A stretch of 32,166 nt of DNA from a virus: the IMG/VR virus record IMGVR_UViG_3300021963_000428, positions 1 through 32,166 of that record; one strand, given 5' to 3'. Shown here one piece after another: positions 6,283-14,830 of the stretch; the first letter of the stretch is position 1, and the number at the start of each line of letters is the position of its first letter. The notes beneath the pieces were generated by a model. It ran no database searches, had not been told where the DNA came from, and worked only from the letters and a program-made list of their open reading frames with translations. A program made the translations under genes and the position numbers.

Positions 6283-6457
6283 AATCCAATCCTAATTCTT
6301 TAGCATTCTCAGCTTTCTTCTCTAAAGCATCCTGAGTTTTATCAAAGGCAAAGTCACGTTCTTTGTCACCTTTATCACGACCAAAGATCAAATCCCACCT
6401 AGCTTCATACTGTTCTTGAGCCACACTAAATGGCCTTGGTGTAGATCCTTTACTCAT
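6272..6457 (-). CDS. Hypothetical protein (61 aa from second ATG)
   Basis: The track start at 6469 overlaps the upstream gene by 10 nt. ATG 6457 (MSKGSTPRPFSV...) lies 2 nt after the upstream TGA. Either start is possible. Confidence 0.55.
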   Translation of the reverse strand: MSKGSTPRPFSVAQEQYEARWDLIFGRDKGDKERDFAFDKTQDALEKKAENAKELGLDYEN

Positions 6458-6459
6458 AT

Positions 6460-6963
6460 TCAATCCCATAATGCTTGATAATATTTGCCGAATAGCCTGA
6501 ATCCATTTTGAATTCTAGCCTCATGCTTTTCTAAACCTTCCATGTCTATTTTGAAGGTATCGTTTGGACCTTTAACCATTTCAACATGGAATGGCGGATT
6601 AGCTGACTTAATAAACTCTAAATCATGATCACCTGAATAAAATGGAGCATCATGATCAATGTCAATTTTAGTACTAAATGCCCAGATCATTTCATCTAAG
6701 ATATAATCCCAGCGAAGGAACCAATTATCATCAGTATCCCAAGTGTTCTTTTTTGGTGGAGCACTAGTACTCCTAAGAGGCTCAGGAACATCTTCGTCAT
6801 CTATGTTAGGGCTTCCATGCTTCTTACTTTTTAGCAAGATAAGAGCAGGATGAATAATATAAGCTAACGTATGGTCTAAACTCCATACATCATAGTTATC
6901 AATTACTACATCGATTTCTCGATCTAACTCATCATCTCGATACTCACCGATCAACACTTTCAT
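6460..6963 (-). CDS. Hypothetical protein (167 aa)
   Basis: ORF track; ATG start. No motif recognised. Confidence 0.65.
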   Translation of the reverse strand: MKVLIGEYRDDELDREIDVVIDNYDVWSLDHTLAYIIHPALILLKSKKHGSPNIDDEDVPEPLRSTSAPPKKNTWDTDDNWFLRWDYILDEMIWAFSTKIDIDHDAPFYSGDHDLEFIKSANPPFHVEMVKGPNDTFKIDMEGLEKHEARIQNGFRLFGKYYQALWD

Positions 6964-7471
6964 AATAACTCCTTATATTTTCTAATGCAATTGGTGTATA
7001 GTTTGTTTGTTCAACTGAGACAGGCAAATACCAAGGGTCTTTATTTCCAGCCTCATCTAACACAAAATTAGAATGTGTGTGACCATGAACGTTACCTTTG
7101 AATCTCTGCTTACTACCTGAATGAATTGGTATATGACTAAATATTAATCGATCCATAACGTGATATGCACGAATGTCTCTGAAGTATTTAGCATAGTCAC
7201 CTAACCTATAGATATCGTGGTTACCTTTGATAAGAACTTTATCACCATTTAATTGGGCAAGTACATCAAGAGACTTCTTGCTGATTGCTATGTCTCCTAG
7301 GTGATAAATCTTATCATGAGGTCTAACTACATTATTCCAATTTTTAATTAGTGCAGCATCCATCTCTTCTACAGCATCCCAAGGGCGAAGTTTAGTACCA
7401 TCGTTTTTGAGAAATGTAAGAATATTTGCATGACCAAAGTGTGTGTCTGAGGTTACAAATACATTAGGCAT
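6944..7471 (-). CDS. Calcineurin-like metallophosphoesterase
   Basis: The ordered motifs are SDTHFGH (DxH), HLGDI (GD), KGNHD (GNHD), SHIPIH and VHGHTH (GHxH). Confidence 0.85.
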   Translation of the reverse strand: MPNVFVTSDTHFGHANILTFLKNDGTKLRPWDAVEEMDAALIKNWNNVVRPHDKIYHLGDIAISKKSLDVLAQLNGDKVLIKGNHDIYRLGDYAKYFRDIRAYHVMDRLIFSHIPIHSGSKQRFKGNVHGHTHSNFVLDEAGNKDPWYLPVSVEQTNYTPIALENIRSYYESVDR

Positions 7472-7766
7472 TTATAACCTTTGCAGTTATCAGATTACCA
7501 TTACTATCAAATTCTAACTCAAGATTTTCTATTTCTCCATGAGTAGCTACTCTAAATATAGGTGCTCTACCAATCTGAATTACGTTATATCTATGAATTT
7601 GATTCATAGGTTTTACTCTATATTCTACATTTTCATTAAAGCTAGGAAAGTTACCACCTACTAATGAGAGCCTAGGCACAGTAATCCATTGACCTAAACT
7701 ATAGTATTGGACTTCCTTATCTTCAAGATAAGCAATAATAATATCATGATGAGGATGAATCTTCAT
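7464..7766 (-). CDS. Hypothetical protein (100 aa)
   Basis: ORF track; ATG start. Confidence 0.6.
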   Translation of the reverse strand: MKIHPHHDIIIAYLEDKEVQYYSLGQWITVPRLSLVGGNFPSFNENVEYRVKPMNQIHRYNVIQIGRAPIFRVATHGEIENLELEFDSNGNLITAKVINA

Positions 7767-7992
7767 ACATTTCCTGTGTAATAAAATTGTTTCTCATTAG
7801 TTGATTCCTTACATCATTAGGTAAGAAATAAACTCCATCGTAGTCTTTTAATTTCATGTCTTCATCAAACCAAAGACCACCGCCATTTTCATCCCCAAAT
7901 ATGTTATCTTCAAACCAACCATATTTAGTTTCAGTATTAACATGAATCTCAAACTTATTAGTCGAGAGGTCTACGCTGTGTGAAGTCAACAC
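7744..7992 (-). CDS. Hypothetical protein (82 aa, acidic; GGGLWFDED...DYDGVYFLP)
   Basis: ORF track. The start codon is GTG, with no ATG before residue 46. Start uncertain. Confidence 0.5.
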   Translation of the reverse strand: MLTSHSVDLSTNKFEIHVNTETKYGWFEDNIFGDENGGGLWFDEDMKLKDYDGVYFLPNDVRNQLMRNNFITQEMYEDSSSS

Positions 7993-8587
7993 TTACCTCC
8001 TCTGGGTAAATTAAATTGTAAATAGTATTTAATGTTTCAAAAGTATTATCAGATAATCTTTCAATTACCACACTTGAAGTCATCCACCTGTTAACTAAAT
8101 CTGGCCTACCTTCATGACCAATACAGAAACCTTTTAATTGATCATGAATACCATCAGTTGAAATAGCTTCACTACCTAATTTAACAACTATAATAGCTAG
8201 TGGTTTTCCTTTACGAAACTCTAATTCATCCCTAAAGACTTTAACTAGATGGTGACGGGCATGACCTTCATCAAGAATCCTTTGAATATGATTTGTAGAT
8301 AAATGCTTTAGCTTTGCCCATACAAGTGGACCTTTACCTTCTTTGCCATAAGTACCCCAACGAAACCAATCACGAATTTTAGCATGAGGGTCATCATCAT
8401 AGACAGATAGATCTTCTCCATTGTCTTCATCATGCCATGTCCTACGAATGTACTGAACACCACCATCTACCATATACAACTTACCATTAGCATCTGTATG
8501 TTCTACATAGTCATGCACATGATTAGATTGTAATACAGTACCGTCTGGTGTCCTCATAACATTAGCTAATAATTTACGTTCATTCAT
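7958..8587 (-). CDS. Hypothetical protein (209 aa)
   Basis: ORF track. ATGA overlap with the upstream gene. Confidence 0.65.
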   Translation of the reverse strand: MNERKLLANVMRTPDGTVLQSNHVHDYVEHTDANGKLYMVDGGVQYIRRTWHDEDNGEDLSVYDDDPHAKIRDWFRWGTYGKEGKGPLVWAKLKHLSTNHIQRILDEGHARHHLVKVFRDELEFRKGKPLAIIVVKLGSEAISTDGIHDQLKGFCIGHEGRPDLVNRWMTSSVVIERLSDNTFETLNTIYNLIYPEEVSVDFTQRRPLD

Positions 8588-8769
8588 TTAATATCTCCAC
8601 TTTTTACTAACCATTCAAATGTACTCCAGAGTTGCTTAAACTTTAGATCATAGTACTTTGCTAAAGTCTCAATATCATTCTCGTTATCTAGCCTCCTTAG
8701 ATCTTCAATTACATGCATACAAGCAAGGATGTCTTGCTCAAGCTCGAATCTTGTGGTTTCTTTTTCCAT
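8584..8769 (-). CDS. Hypothetical protein (61 aa)
   Basis: ORF track; ATG start. See the overlapping ORF 8709-8873. Confidence 0.5.
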   Translation of the reverse strand: MEKETTRFELEQDILACMHVIEDLRRLDNENDIETLAKYYDLKFKQLWSTFEWLVKSGDIK

Positions 8770-8873
8770 ACAATGTAAATTCCATTTGCGTTAAATTTAG
8801 CCCATTCAATAGCCGCTTTACGAGTCTTGAATACTTTATCAGGATTACCCTTTGTCCTACAAATCCATTTCAT
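8709..8873 (-). CDS. Possible small basic protein (54 aa), not in ORF track
   Basis: My translation: MKWICRTKGNPDKVFKTRKAAIEWAKFNANGIYIVWKKKPQDSSLSKTSLLVCM. The first ~35 codons fill the 87-nt gap 8770-8856. The frame then runs 61 nt into the next gene. Confidence 0.35.
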   Translation of the reverse strand: MKWICRTKGNPDKVFKTRKAAIEWAKFNANGIYIVWKKKPQDSSLSKTSLLVCM

Positions 8874-9057
8874 TTTTGAAAGCATTTAATTGAGAGGGAG
8901 TCATATAATAATCTAATATTGCATAAATATGAGGTAAAATACTTTTATCTGAAAAAGAATTATTCGAATCGCTAATAAACTTATAGTTTGCCTTTAATTC
9001 TTGAATAATAATTAAATCAATTTGTTCAGGTTCTAAATCAATATTTATTCTAGTCAT
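8857..9057 (-). CDS. Hypothetical protein (66 aa)
   Basis: ORF track; ATG start. Confidence 0.55.
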   Translation of the reverse strand: MTRINIDLEPEQIDLIIIQELKANYKFISDSNNSFSDKSILPHIYAILDYYMTPSQLNAFKNEMDL

Positions 9058-9200
9058 TTTGCTGCTTCCATATATAAACCTACATTGCCTAATGCATAAC
9101 CTACAAAGGCAATACCTAATCCTGTACTACCCTTTATAAGTAAATCAATTGCTACTACAGTGTATACAATACCTACTACTCCAATTAACCAAGCACTCAT
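9054..9200 (-). CDS. Small two-segment membrane protein (48 aa), not in ORF track
   Basis: My translation: MSAWLIGVVGIVYTVVAIDLLIKGSTGLGIAFVGYALGNVGLYMEAAK. ATGA overlaps at both ends (9200/9197 and 9057/9054). It fills gap 9058-9196. Confidence 0.55.
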   Translation of the reverse strand: MSAWLIGVVGIVYTVVAIDLLIKGSTGLGIAFVGYALGNVGLYMEAAK

Positions 9201-9421
9201 TTTAATTCCTCATAAATAGTATCATCGTAACTATCTTTAAAAGACCATACTCGATTACAGGCAGAACAACTTAAATTACCTGTAGTTATACTTAAATCTA
9301 CTGGAATATTGTTTCCGTTTTTATCATACACAGGTGCAGCATAACCTGCAGTCCTAAATGTGTTACTAATAGTAAACCTACAATCACTTCTCATGCAATT
9401 TAAAAGTCTAAATCTTTTCAT
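9197..9421 (-). CDS. Small zinc-ribbon-like protein (74 aa)
   Basis: Cys pairs occur at NCMRSDC and CSAC. Confidence 0.55.
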   Translation of the reverse strand: MKRFRLLNCMRSDCRFTISNTFRTAGYAAPVYDKNGNNIPVDLSITTGNLSCSACNRVWSFKDSYDDTIYEELK

Positions 9422-9430
9422 TTTAAAACC

Positions 9431-9709
9431 TTATTCGTAATCGTAATCCCAATCTTCTAATTCTTGATTTAAGAAAGTATCTTTAATCTCATCAATAATC
9501 CATTCTTGTATAATGTCAGTAATATCAATTCTATCTGAATTATGTGGTGATATAATAGACACAGAAAGTACCTCAGTCATATCATCGTAGTCTGGCTCAA
9601 GCTGTAAACCTGTGCCGATCTCTCTAGCACCTAACTGGGCTGGCTCATAGTCAATTTCACATTCAAGGTGGAAAGAACCATGTTTGTAAAGAAATGTATG
9701 TACACTCAT
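9431..9709 (-). CDS. Hypothetical acidic protein (92 aa)
   Basis: ORF track; ATG start. Confidence 0.6.
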   Translation of the reverse strand: MSVHTFLYKHGSFHLECEIDYEPAQLGAREIGTGLQLEPDYDDMTEVLSVSIISPHNSDRIDITDIIQEWIIDEIKDTFLNQELEDWDYDYE

Positions 9710-9843
9710 CTTGCTAATACTCCAATAAGCATGTTAATCGCTTGCACAATTTGTATTTGTTCCATAGGGTCTAACTGATGCCAAGGCCTAGAACCTGGAA
9801 ATTTAGCTCTAGCGGCTTCATAAAATCTTTCTACATCACTCAT
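9706..9843 (-). CDS. Small protein (45 aa), not in ORF track
   Basis: My translation: MSDVERFYEAARAKFPGSRPWHQLDPMEQIQIVQAINMLIGVLAR. ATGA overlaps at both ends. It fills gap 9710-9839. Confidence 0.5.
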   Translation of the reverse strand: MSDVERFYEAARAKFPGSRPWHQLDPMEQIQIVQAINMLIGVLAR

Positions 9844-10064
9844 AGTTTAATATCCATTTCACAATAAACATCACTATCAAAATGTTCAGCAACCCATTCG
9901 TAAGGATCGCCATCATTAGCTTTTCTAGTTCCATTAGGCATATCATCAAAGTAATATTCATAAAGATCTTGGAACAAGTCGTCAGACATCTCCCAAGTCT
10001 CTAAAAAATTAGGAATCTCTGCTATGTGTTTTTCACAAATCTCGCTCAATCTCGTCTTGATCAT
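9840..10064 (-). CDS. Hypothetical acidic protein (74 aa)
   Basis: ORF track; ATG start. Confidence 0.55.
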   Translation of the reverse strand: MIKTRLSEICEKHIAEIPNFLETWEMSDDLFQDLYEYYFDDMPNGTRKANDGDPYEWVAEHFDSDVYCEMDIKL

Positions 10065-10281
10065 AAATCCTTTCAGCTAGATCACAAATTTGAAAGAAAG
10101 GTGCCCTACGAATTGATGCATTATCTGGTAGTTCAATCCAAAAATCATTCCAGAAATAAGGCGTATTCATCTTTATATTGCGGTCAGAGTAATACTTTCG
10201 TACTGTATTAAAAATATGTAAATAGTAGTCATGAGCATAAACTAGCTCAACTACTTTTGCATGCTCTTCATTTGAGATCAT
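10033..10281 (-). CDS. Hypothetical protein (82 aa)
   Basis: ORF track; ATG start. Confidence 0.55.
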   Translation of the reverse strand: MISNEEHAKVVELVYAHDYYLHIFNTVRKYYSDRNIKMNTPYFWNDFWIELPDNASIRRAPFFQICDLAERIYDQDEIERDL

Positions 10282-10447
10282 ATTCTACCTGATTTAAAAA
10301 TACTTCAGCCTCTTCTTTAGTTTTAAAAGGACCATACATTTTATCTGAGTCATAATGATAAGCATCAAATGTTTTATCTGTCTGGTTTTCACTGACATCA
10401 CCAATTGGATAGCCAAATAAGTCTTCAAGAGTATAAACTATTTTCAT
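10268..10447 (-). CDS. Hypothetical protein (59 aa from ATGA-coupled start)
   Basis: ATG 10447 (MKIVYTLEDL...) overlaps the upstream TGA in an ATGA, the usual junction in this genome. The track start at 10471 is the alternative. Confidence 0.5.
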   Translation of the reverse strand: MKIVYTLEDLFGYPIGDVSENQTDKTFDAYHYDSDKMYGPFKTKEEAEVFLNQVEYDLK

Positions 10448-10698
10448 ACTGTGTTTCCTAAGAATGTCCATGTTTTAGGTAGAATAAATCCAAATTCTCT
10501 TTTAAATTTAAATCTCATAAATACTTGAAGTTCTTCAAATGATTTATCTAGCAAAATTCTTTTTACAAAAATTTGAGCAAGTATTTGTCTACTATTTTTA
10601 TCTAGTAATTGAATTTTAATTGTACCATCTTTCTCTGCTTTAAAACGATTATATGCAATAATGACTTGTTCCAATTTAACATTTTTCTTGGCGTTCAT
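10444..10698 (-). CDS. Hypothetical protein (84 aa)
   Basis: ORF track; ATG start. Confidence 0.55.
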   Translation of the reverse strand: MNAKKNVKLEQVIIAYNRFKAEKDGTIKIQLLDKNSRQILAQIFVKRILLDKSFEELQVFMRFKFKREFGFILPKTWTFLGNTV

Positions 10699-10852
10699 TT
10701 TGTATCACTTTATAAAGTTCTTTCTTAATTATTGCTAATTCATTAAGAGTATCAACTGTTGCTTCTCCTGAGATCTGTATTAGGCTTAATAGCAAGAATC
10801 GTTTAACAACTTTATCTTGCTGCTGAATTAATTTATTTACTACTTTAATCAA
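10676..10852 (-). CDS. Possible small protein (58 aa) with TTG start, not in ORF track
   Basis: This is the only open frame across the 146-nt gap 10699-10844: (TTG)IKVVNKLIQQQDKVVKRFLLLSLIQISGEATVDTLNELAIIKKELYKVIQNERQEKC. The non-ATG start is weakly supported. Confidence 0.3.
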   Translation of the reverse strand: MIKVVNKLIQQQDKVVKRFLLLSLIQISGEATVDTLNELAIIKKELYKVIQNERQEKC

Positions 10853-11042
10853 TCCAACTTGCCCCTATTACTGATGGATAAAACCCTGTTATTGTATTAT
10901 TTTCTCTTATATAGATTATTCCAGTAGAACTAGATTTATGGGGTTTTACAAAGCTGATTACTTCACAAGCTTCTCCTCGAAAAGTCTTAACTTTATCACC
11001 TTCCATAACACAACGTCCTGTATCATTATAAACTAGTTTCAT
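10845..11042 (-). CDS. Hypothetical protein (65 aa)
   Basis: ORF track; ATG start. Confidence 0.55.
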   Translation of the reverse strand: MKLVYNDTGRCVMEGDKVKTFRGEACEVISFVKPHKSSSTGIIYIRENNTITGFYPSVIGASWID

Positions 11043-11044
11043 AA

Positions 11045-12199
11045 TTATTCCTTATAAATAATATCAAACAAATACTCAATAACCTGATCCTCATCATAAC
11101 CTACACGAAGCATATCTTCTGCATCAAGAATAACTTCTTCTGTAATTGCATTTCTATTTAGAAATTTCATTGCAGTGTCTGAGTTTTCAGGATGGATAAA
11201 ATTAGCAATTAGTTCTAACAAATCATTCTTTAAACCAAACTTAGCATCGCTTAAACAATCAATTAAATTAGTCTGCTCTTCAGTGTAAACTGTTGGACCT
11301 ACTGGATCATCATTATCTAAACCATAATCAGCAGAAGGAGTTCCATAGTTACTATAACCATAAGCATCTTTGTTATAAGTAGGAAATGCAGTATAATAGG
11401 TTGGTGTATAAGTAGGTGCAAGCTCATCAGGGTCTGGTACACTAGGATCACGAACTACTGGTAGTTTATCCCACTGCATCTCTAATACAGCTTTAGCTAA
11501 GTCTTCAAAGTGAATCATATCTAATTTTTCATTAGGTGTATGTTCAGAATAATAGCCAACACTAATATTAGTACATTCAGGGATTATTCCAGAGAATTCA
11601 GCAGTATCAGTATAAACACCAGTATCATCAGGGACATACATAAAGTCAGGGCATAAATCGTTAAGCTGATCAGATAATGCGTAAGCAAAATCATCAGAGC
11701 AAGTACGACCACACATTTGATGAGTAATAACACTGTGAGTTCCTTTACGATCGAATGTAATTGCCTTAGTAAACTGTTCAACTAGTTCTTGATCATTTAA
11801 TGCAAGCCAGCTAGAACCGATACCACCTTTTTCTTCACCTTGAAAGAACACATAGTAGCCAGGCACTCTGTGATCAATCATATGAAGCAAAATAGCAACA
11901 CCTGCACCATCATCAGCGCCAAGGGGTTTTCCACCATCAGCTAATAAGTATTGACCCTCATATTTAAAAGTATTAAAGCCATCTTCACGATGTACAGTGT
12001 CTACGTGAGCAGTAAACATAGTTTCGTTAGATGAATCATCTCTCATGTCAACATGAATATTACCACAGAAATCTACGGAGAGATCTCCCTCACCAACACG
12101 TTCTACAATATAGTTACATAGCGCAGTTACTCCAGTTCCACCATGTGGTCTCTTAAAAGATAACGCATATTCTAGATCTTTAATTAATTGAGTCTTCAT
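11045..12199 (-). CDS. M28/M20-type zinc metallopeptidase with Tyr-rich linker and C-terminal helical domain
   Basis: The ordered motifs are FTAHVDTVH (His ligand), GADDGAGVAILLHMI (Asp ligand) and FFQGEEKGGIGSSW (Glu-Glu). After ~residue 255 comes a low-complexity P/T/Y stretch (PTYTPTYYTAFPTYNKDAYGYSNYG). ATGA-coupled to the upstream gene. Confidence 0.7.
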   Translation of the reverse strand: MKTQLIKDLEYALSFKRPHGGTGVTALCNYIVERVGEGDLSVDFCGNIHVDMRDDSSNETMFTAHVDTVHREDGFNTFKYEGQYLLADGGKPLGADDGAGVAILLHMIDHRVPGYYVFFQGEEKGGIGSSWLALNDQELVEQFTKAITFDRKGTHSVITHQMCGRTCSDDFAYALSDQLNDLCPDFMYVPDDTGVYTDTAEFSGIIPECTNISVGYYSEHTPNEKLDMIHFEDLAKAVLEMQWDKLPVVRDPSVPDPDELAPTYTPTYYTAFPTYNKDAYGYSNYGTPSADYGLDNDDPVGPTVYTEEQTNLIDCLSDAKFGLKNDLLELIANFIHPENSDTAMKFLNRNAITEEVILDAEDMLRVGYDEDQVIEYLFDIIYKE

Positions 12200-13545
12200 T
12201 CTGTTTCTTCCAATGTTACTGGCAAATGTTCAGGGTGATAAGTTTTACCATTAAATTCTATAGGTTCTGCATCATCTATTAAATACCAAGTAAGTGATGC
12301 GTAACAGCAATACACTTCATGTCTTGGATAAGCAATACCATCATGCAAGAGTACCCAGTCTTTTTCTGGACCTACATCAGATTTTAATACACGGATATCG
12401 TCACTATTAGTCTCATATGTATCTTCTTCTTTAGCATACTCACCATCTTGTATCTCTACTAAATCATGATGATCTAAATACTCCATATGATAGTATTCTC
12501 CTTCAAAGCTAATCACATTATCCTCGTGAATACGCTCTTTGTAAAGACTATTATCTACATAAGCCATTACATAATAGTTATCTGCACAATCATAACAAAC
12601 ATCATCATCTTCGTATACAGATCTCATATCATCTGAATTATAATACTCATCGCAGCAATTACAATGACAATCAGCACTATTGCAAGGATTGCCATCGGTA
12701 TTAGTACATTCAAAGTCACCATCTTCACAAATAATTAAGCTATGTGAAACTCCTTTATAATTCAGTCCACTTCTTTTACTTACTCGTTGATGTTCTCCGT
12801 CAATATAAGGGGCTAAGAAATCATTATTGTTACTAAAATACTTTAATGGAACGCCATCAGGCCATCCATCATAGTGCTTGTAACCAGTTTCTTTCAACCA
12901 ATACTCTAATGCCTCATCAGCATAACTATAATCATTTCCTCTCTTATAGCTGCGAACAAAACATTTTTCTTTATCATCATCAGAATGCCATACTAATGCA
13001 CGACCATTAATTGACTTTGTATCAGGGTCAAGTCTAACTGCGGCTTTCCAACCTAGTTCAGGTGCATAAACCCGATAAGGGTGTAAGTAATCAGGGCAAT
13101 ACTCATGATGTCCAGGTGTATAAGAAGAATCCCAAGTCATGCAGGAACGTGGACCTTTCTGAACACTTAAAATAATACCGTCTGAGTCTTCCCAGAGCTC
13201 AAATGTATCGTTACGACATTTAGTAGCAAAGTCACGGATCTCATGATCTTTTAACTGTGGAAACATTCTACGGATATAACGTCCGAAGGTAGTAACAGTC
13301 TGACGATCACTGTCGCCTGAACGCTCATCACGAGTAAATGCAACATTACTAGCATCCTTAACAGACATATGAGGAAACTCTAATGCTAACAAGCGATAAT
13401 TTTCAGGAACATGTTTCTTCATGATATCTTTAATCACAGGGTGAAACTCATAAGCCCTCTGTTCTCTTGCATGCCAATCTCTCGACATACGGAGAATTTC
13501 TAATACTACAGGAAATTTAATTTCTAACTCTTGAATTGTAATCAT
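12196..13545 (-). CDS. Hypothetical protein (449 aa) with Cys/Asp/Tyr-rich metal-binding-like C-terminal half
   Basis: ORF track; ATG start. It contains the cluster CEDGDFECTNTDGNPCNSADCHCNCCDEYY...VCYDCADNYY. No catalytic motif recognised. Confidence 0.7.
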   Translation of the reverse strand: MITIQELEIKFPVVLEILRMSRDWHAREQRAYEFHPVIKDIMKKHVPENYRLLALEFPHMSVKDASNVAFTRDERSGDSDRQTVTTFGRYIRRMFPQLKDHEIRDFATKCRNDTFELWEDSDGIILSVQKGPRSCMTWDSSYTPGHHEYCPDYLHPYRVYAPELGWKAAVRLDPDTKSINGRALVWHSDDDKEKCFVRSYKRGNDYSYADEALEYWLKETGYKHYDGWPDGVPLKYFSNNNDFLAPYIDGEHQRVSKRSGLNYKGVSHSLIICEDGDFECTNTDGNPCNSADCHCNCCDEYYNSDDMRSVYEDDDVCYDCADNYYVMAYVDNSLYKERIHEDNVISFEGEYYHMEYLDHHDLVEIQDGEYAKEEDTYETNSDDIRVLKSDVGPEKDWVLLHDGIAYPRHEVYCCYASLTWYLIDDAEPIEFNGKTYHPEHLPVTLEETE

Positions 13546-13870
13546 TTATTTCTCTTGAAAGATTTAAAATATAATTTGCTTTCTGAAAAACCCAAGGGTT
13601 TCTGTGTGGTAGATGTGCTCCAGTAGCTCCATCCCAATCTCTAAATTCCCAATCGTAAAAATCAATTCTTAAACAACTTGGGTGTTCTTCTTGTAGTTTT
13701 TGTAATTCATCAGCCCATGCTTGCCACTGATGATCAGAGATTATGCTTTCATTTAGCTCATAATAGATACACGAATGTATTAACATTTGTGATCTTCGCC
13801 TTCTTACTAATTCTACTAATTCGCTTGAACAAATAGTTTTAGTAGTCGTTATTTTCTTAGGCCGTGGCAT
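13517..13870 (-). CDS. Hypothetical protein (117 aa) with a segment resembling NAD-ligase domain Ia
   Basis: IHSCIYYELNESIISDHQWQAWADELQKLQEEHPSC resembles the LigA N-terminal pattern Y-x-YY-x(3)-P-x-ISD-x-EYD-x-L-x-EL-x-x-LE-x-x-HP. The similarity was judged by eye only. Confidence 0.6.
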   Translation of the reverse strand: MPRPKKITTTKTICSSELVELVRRRRSQMLIHSCIYYELNESIISDHQWQAWADELQKLQEEHPSCLRIDFYDWEFRDWDGATGAHLPHRNPWVFQKANYILNLSREINDYNSRVRN

Positions 13871-14129
13871 CTTCCCTACTCAATATGCTAAAAAGAGTTT
13901 CTTGTCTAATTTTTGTAGGTGGACCATCATCTAACAACTCTAATGTCTCTTGAAGTAAATTAATATTATCCCACTCAAAAGAGTATCTTGACTGAATAAC
14001 ATTACTAGATTTAATCATACGTAATGCTAAGTATGCTTCGTAACTAGAAGGATAAATAAAATTACTAGTGTTGTTAATTGCATGAATTTCTTCTAACAAC
14101 TCATTTGCTAATGTCGTCAGTGTTTTCAT
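13857..14129 (-). CDS. Hypothetical protein (90 aa from first ATG)
   Basis: The track start at 14234 is TTG and overlaps the upstream gene by 134 nt. ATG 14129 (MKTLTTLANE...) has AAGGAAC 6 nt upstream. Confidence 0.55.
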   Translation of the reverse strand: MKTLTTLANELLEEIHAINNTSNFIYPSSYEAYLALRMIKSSNVIQSRYSFEWDNINLLQETLELLDDGPPTKIRQETLFSILSREDATA

Positions 14130-14406
14130 CTGTAAGTTCCTTGATGATATAAGCTTTTGTATTAAATATTGTGGAGTTATGAGGATTATAAGTATCCCTC
14201 CAACTAAACCTTCTTCCTCTACTTTCCATCTCAAATCTACGCTTACTGTTAATATTACCTACAGCCATTGCTACTATCTTATCTGCAAAGAAATGTTCTC
14301 TTCCTTTGTTATCTGCCTTTGGTTTAAAATCTTTTATTTCTCCAAGTAATTTGTATTCTTTTAATACTCTTTTAGCTTCTATTGATAATGTATTTGATTT
14401 AACCAT
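14101..14406 (-). CDS. Hypothetical basic protein (101 aa)
   Basis: ORF track; ATG start. Confidence 0.55.
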   Translation of the reverse strand: MVKSNTLSIEAKRVLKEYKLLGEIKDFKPKADNKGREHFFADKIVAMAVGNINSKRRFEMESRGRRFSWRDTYNPHNSTIFNTKAYIIKELTDENTDDISK

Positions 14407-14611
14407 TTATATCCTTTTTACATAAAGCACATACTTTATTTATTTTAGGTAATGAATCTAAAGCTTCTGATAACGCATCATAAGCATAATGGCTAGCACA
14501 AGCATAACCAGATTCAAATGCACTCATGTTATCGTCTGCTTTACGTTCTTCTTTAAATCGTTTTAAAAGTTCAAGTAATAATTTATATTTTTCAATTGGG
14601 ATTGTTATCAT
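14399..14611 (-). CDS. Hypothetical protein (70 aa)
   Basis: ORF track; ATG start. Confidence 0.55.
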   Translation of the reverse strand: MITIPIEKYKLLLELLKRFKEERKADDNMSAFESGYACASHYAYDALSEALDSLPKINKVCALCKKDING

Positions 14612-14783
14612 TTAACCTCTTTAAAAGACGAGTAATTTGGCTAAGACTTTTATTATACGATTCTTTAAGTTCCTCATCAGTACAAAATGAATTAGAAAAT
14701 TGCCAATATCTCTTTTCCATTTGTTGTTCTATTTCTCTTAGTTCATAATGTAACCAGTCTTCAATATCCTTTTCGCTTATCAT
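14592..14783 (-). CDS. Hypothetical protein (63 aa)
   Basis: ORF track. ATG start with AAGGATAAA upstream. Confidence 0.55.
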   Translation of the reverse strand: MISEKDIEDWLHYELREIEQQMEKRYWQFSNSFCTDEELKESYNKSLSQITRLLKRLNDNNPN

Positions 14784-14800
14784 TTTATCCTTAATAAAAT

Positions 14801-14826
14801 AGCCCCAACTATTTCTAGCTAGGGCT
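14801..14826 (-). terminator. Weak terminator-like hairpin after the ClpP-like gene
   Basis: Minus-sense AGCCC-(16 nt loop containing CUAGCUAG)-GGGCU is followed by AUUUUAUU. The stem is short and the loop large. Confidence 0.3.
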
Positions 14827-14830
14827 TGGG

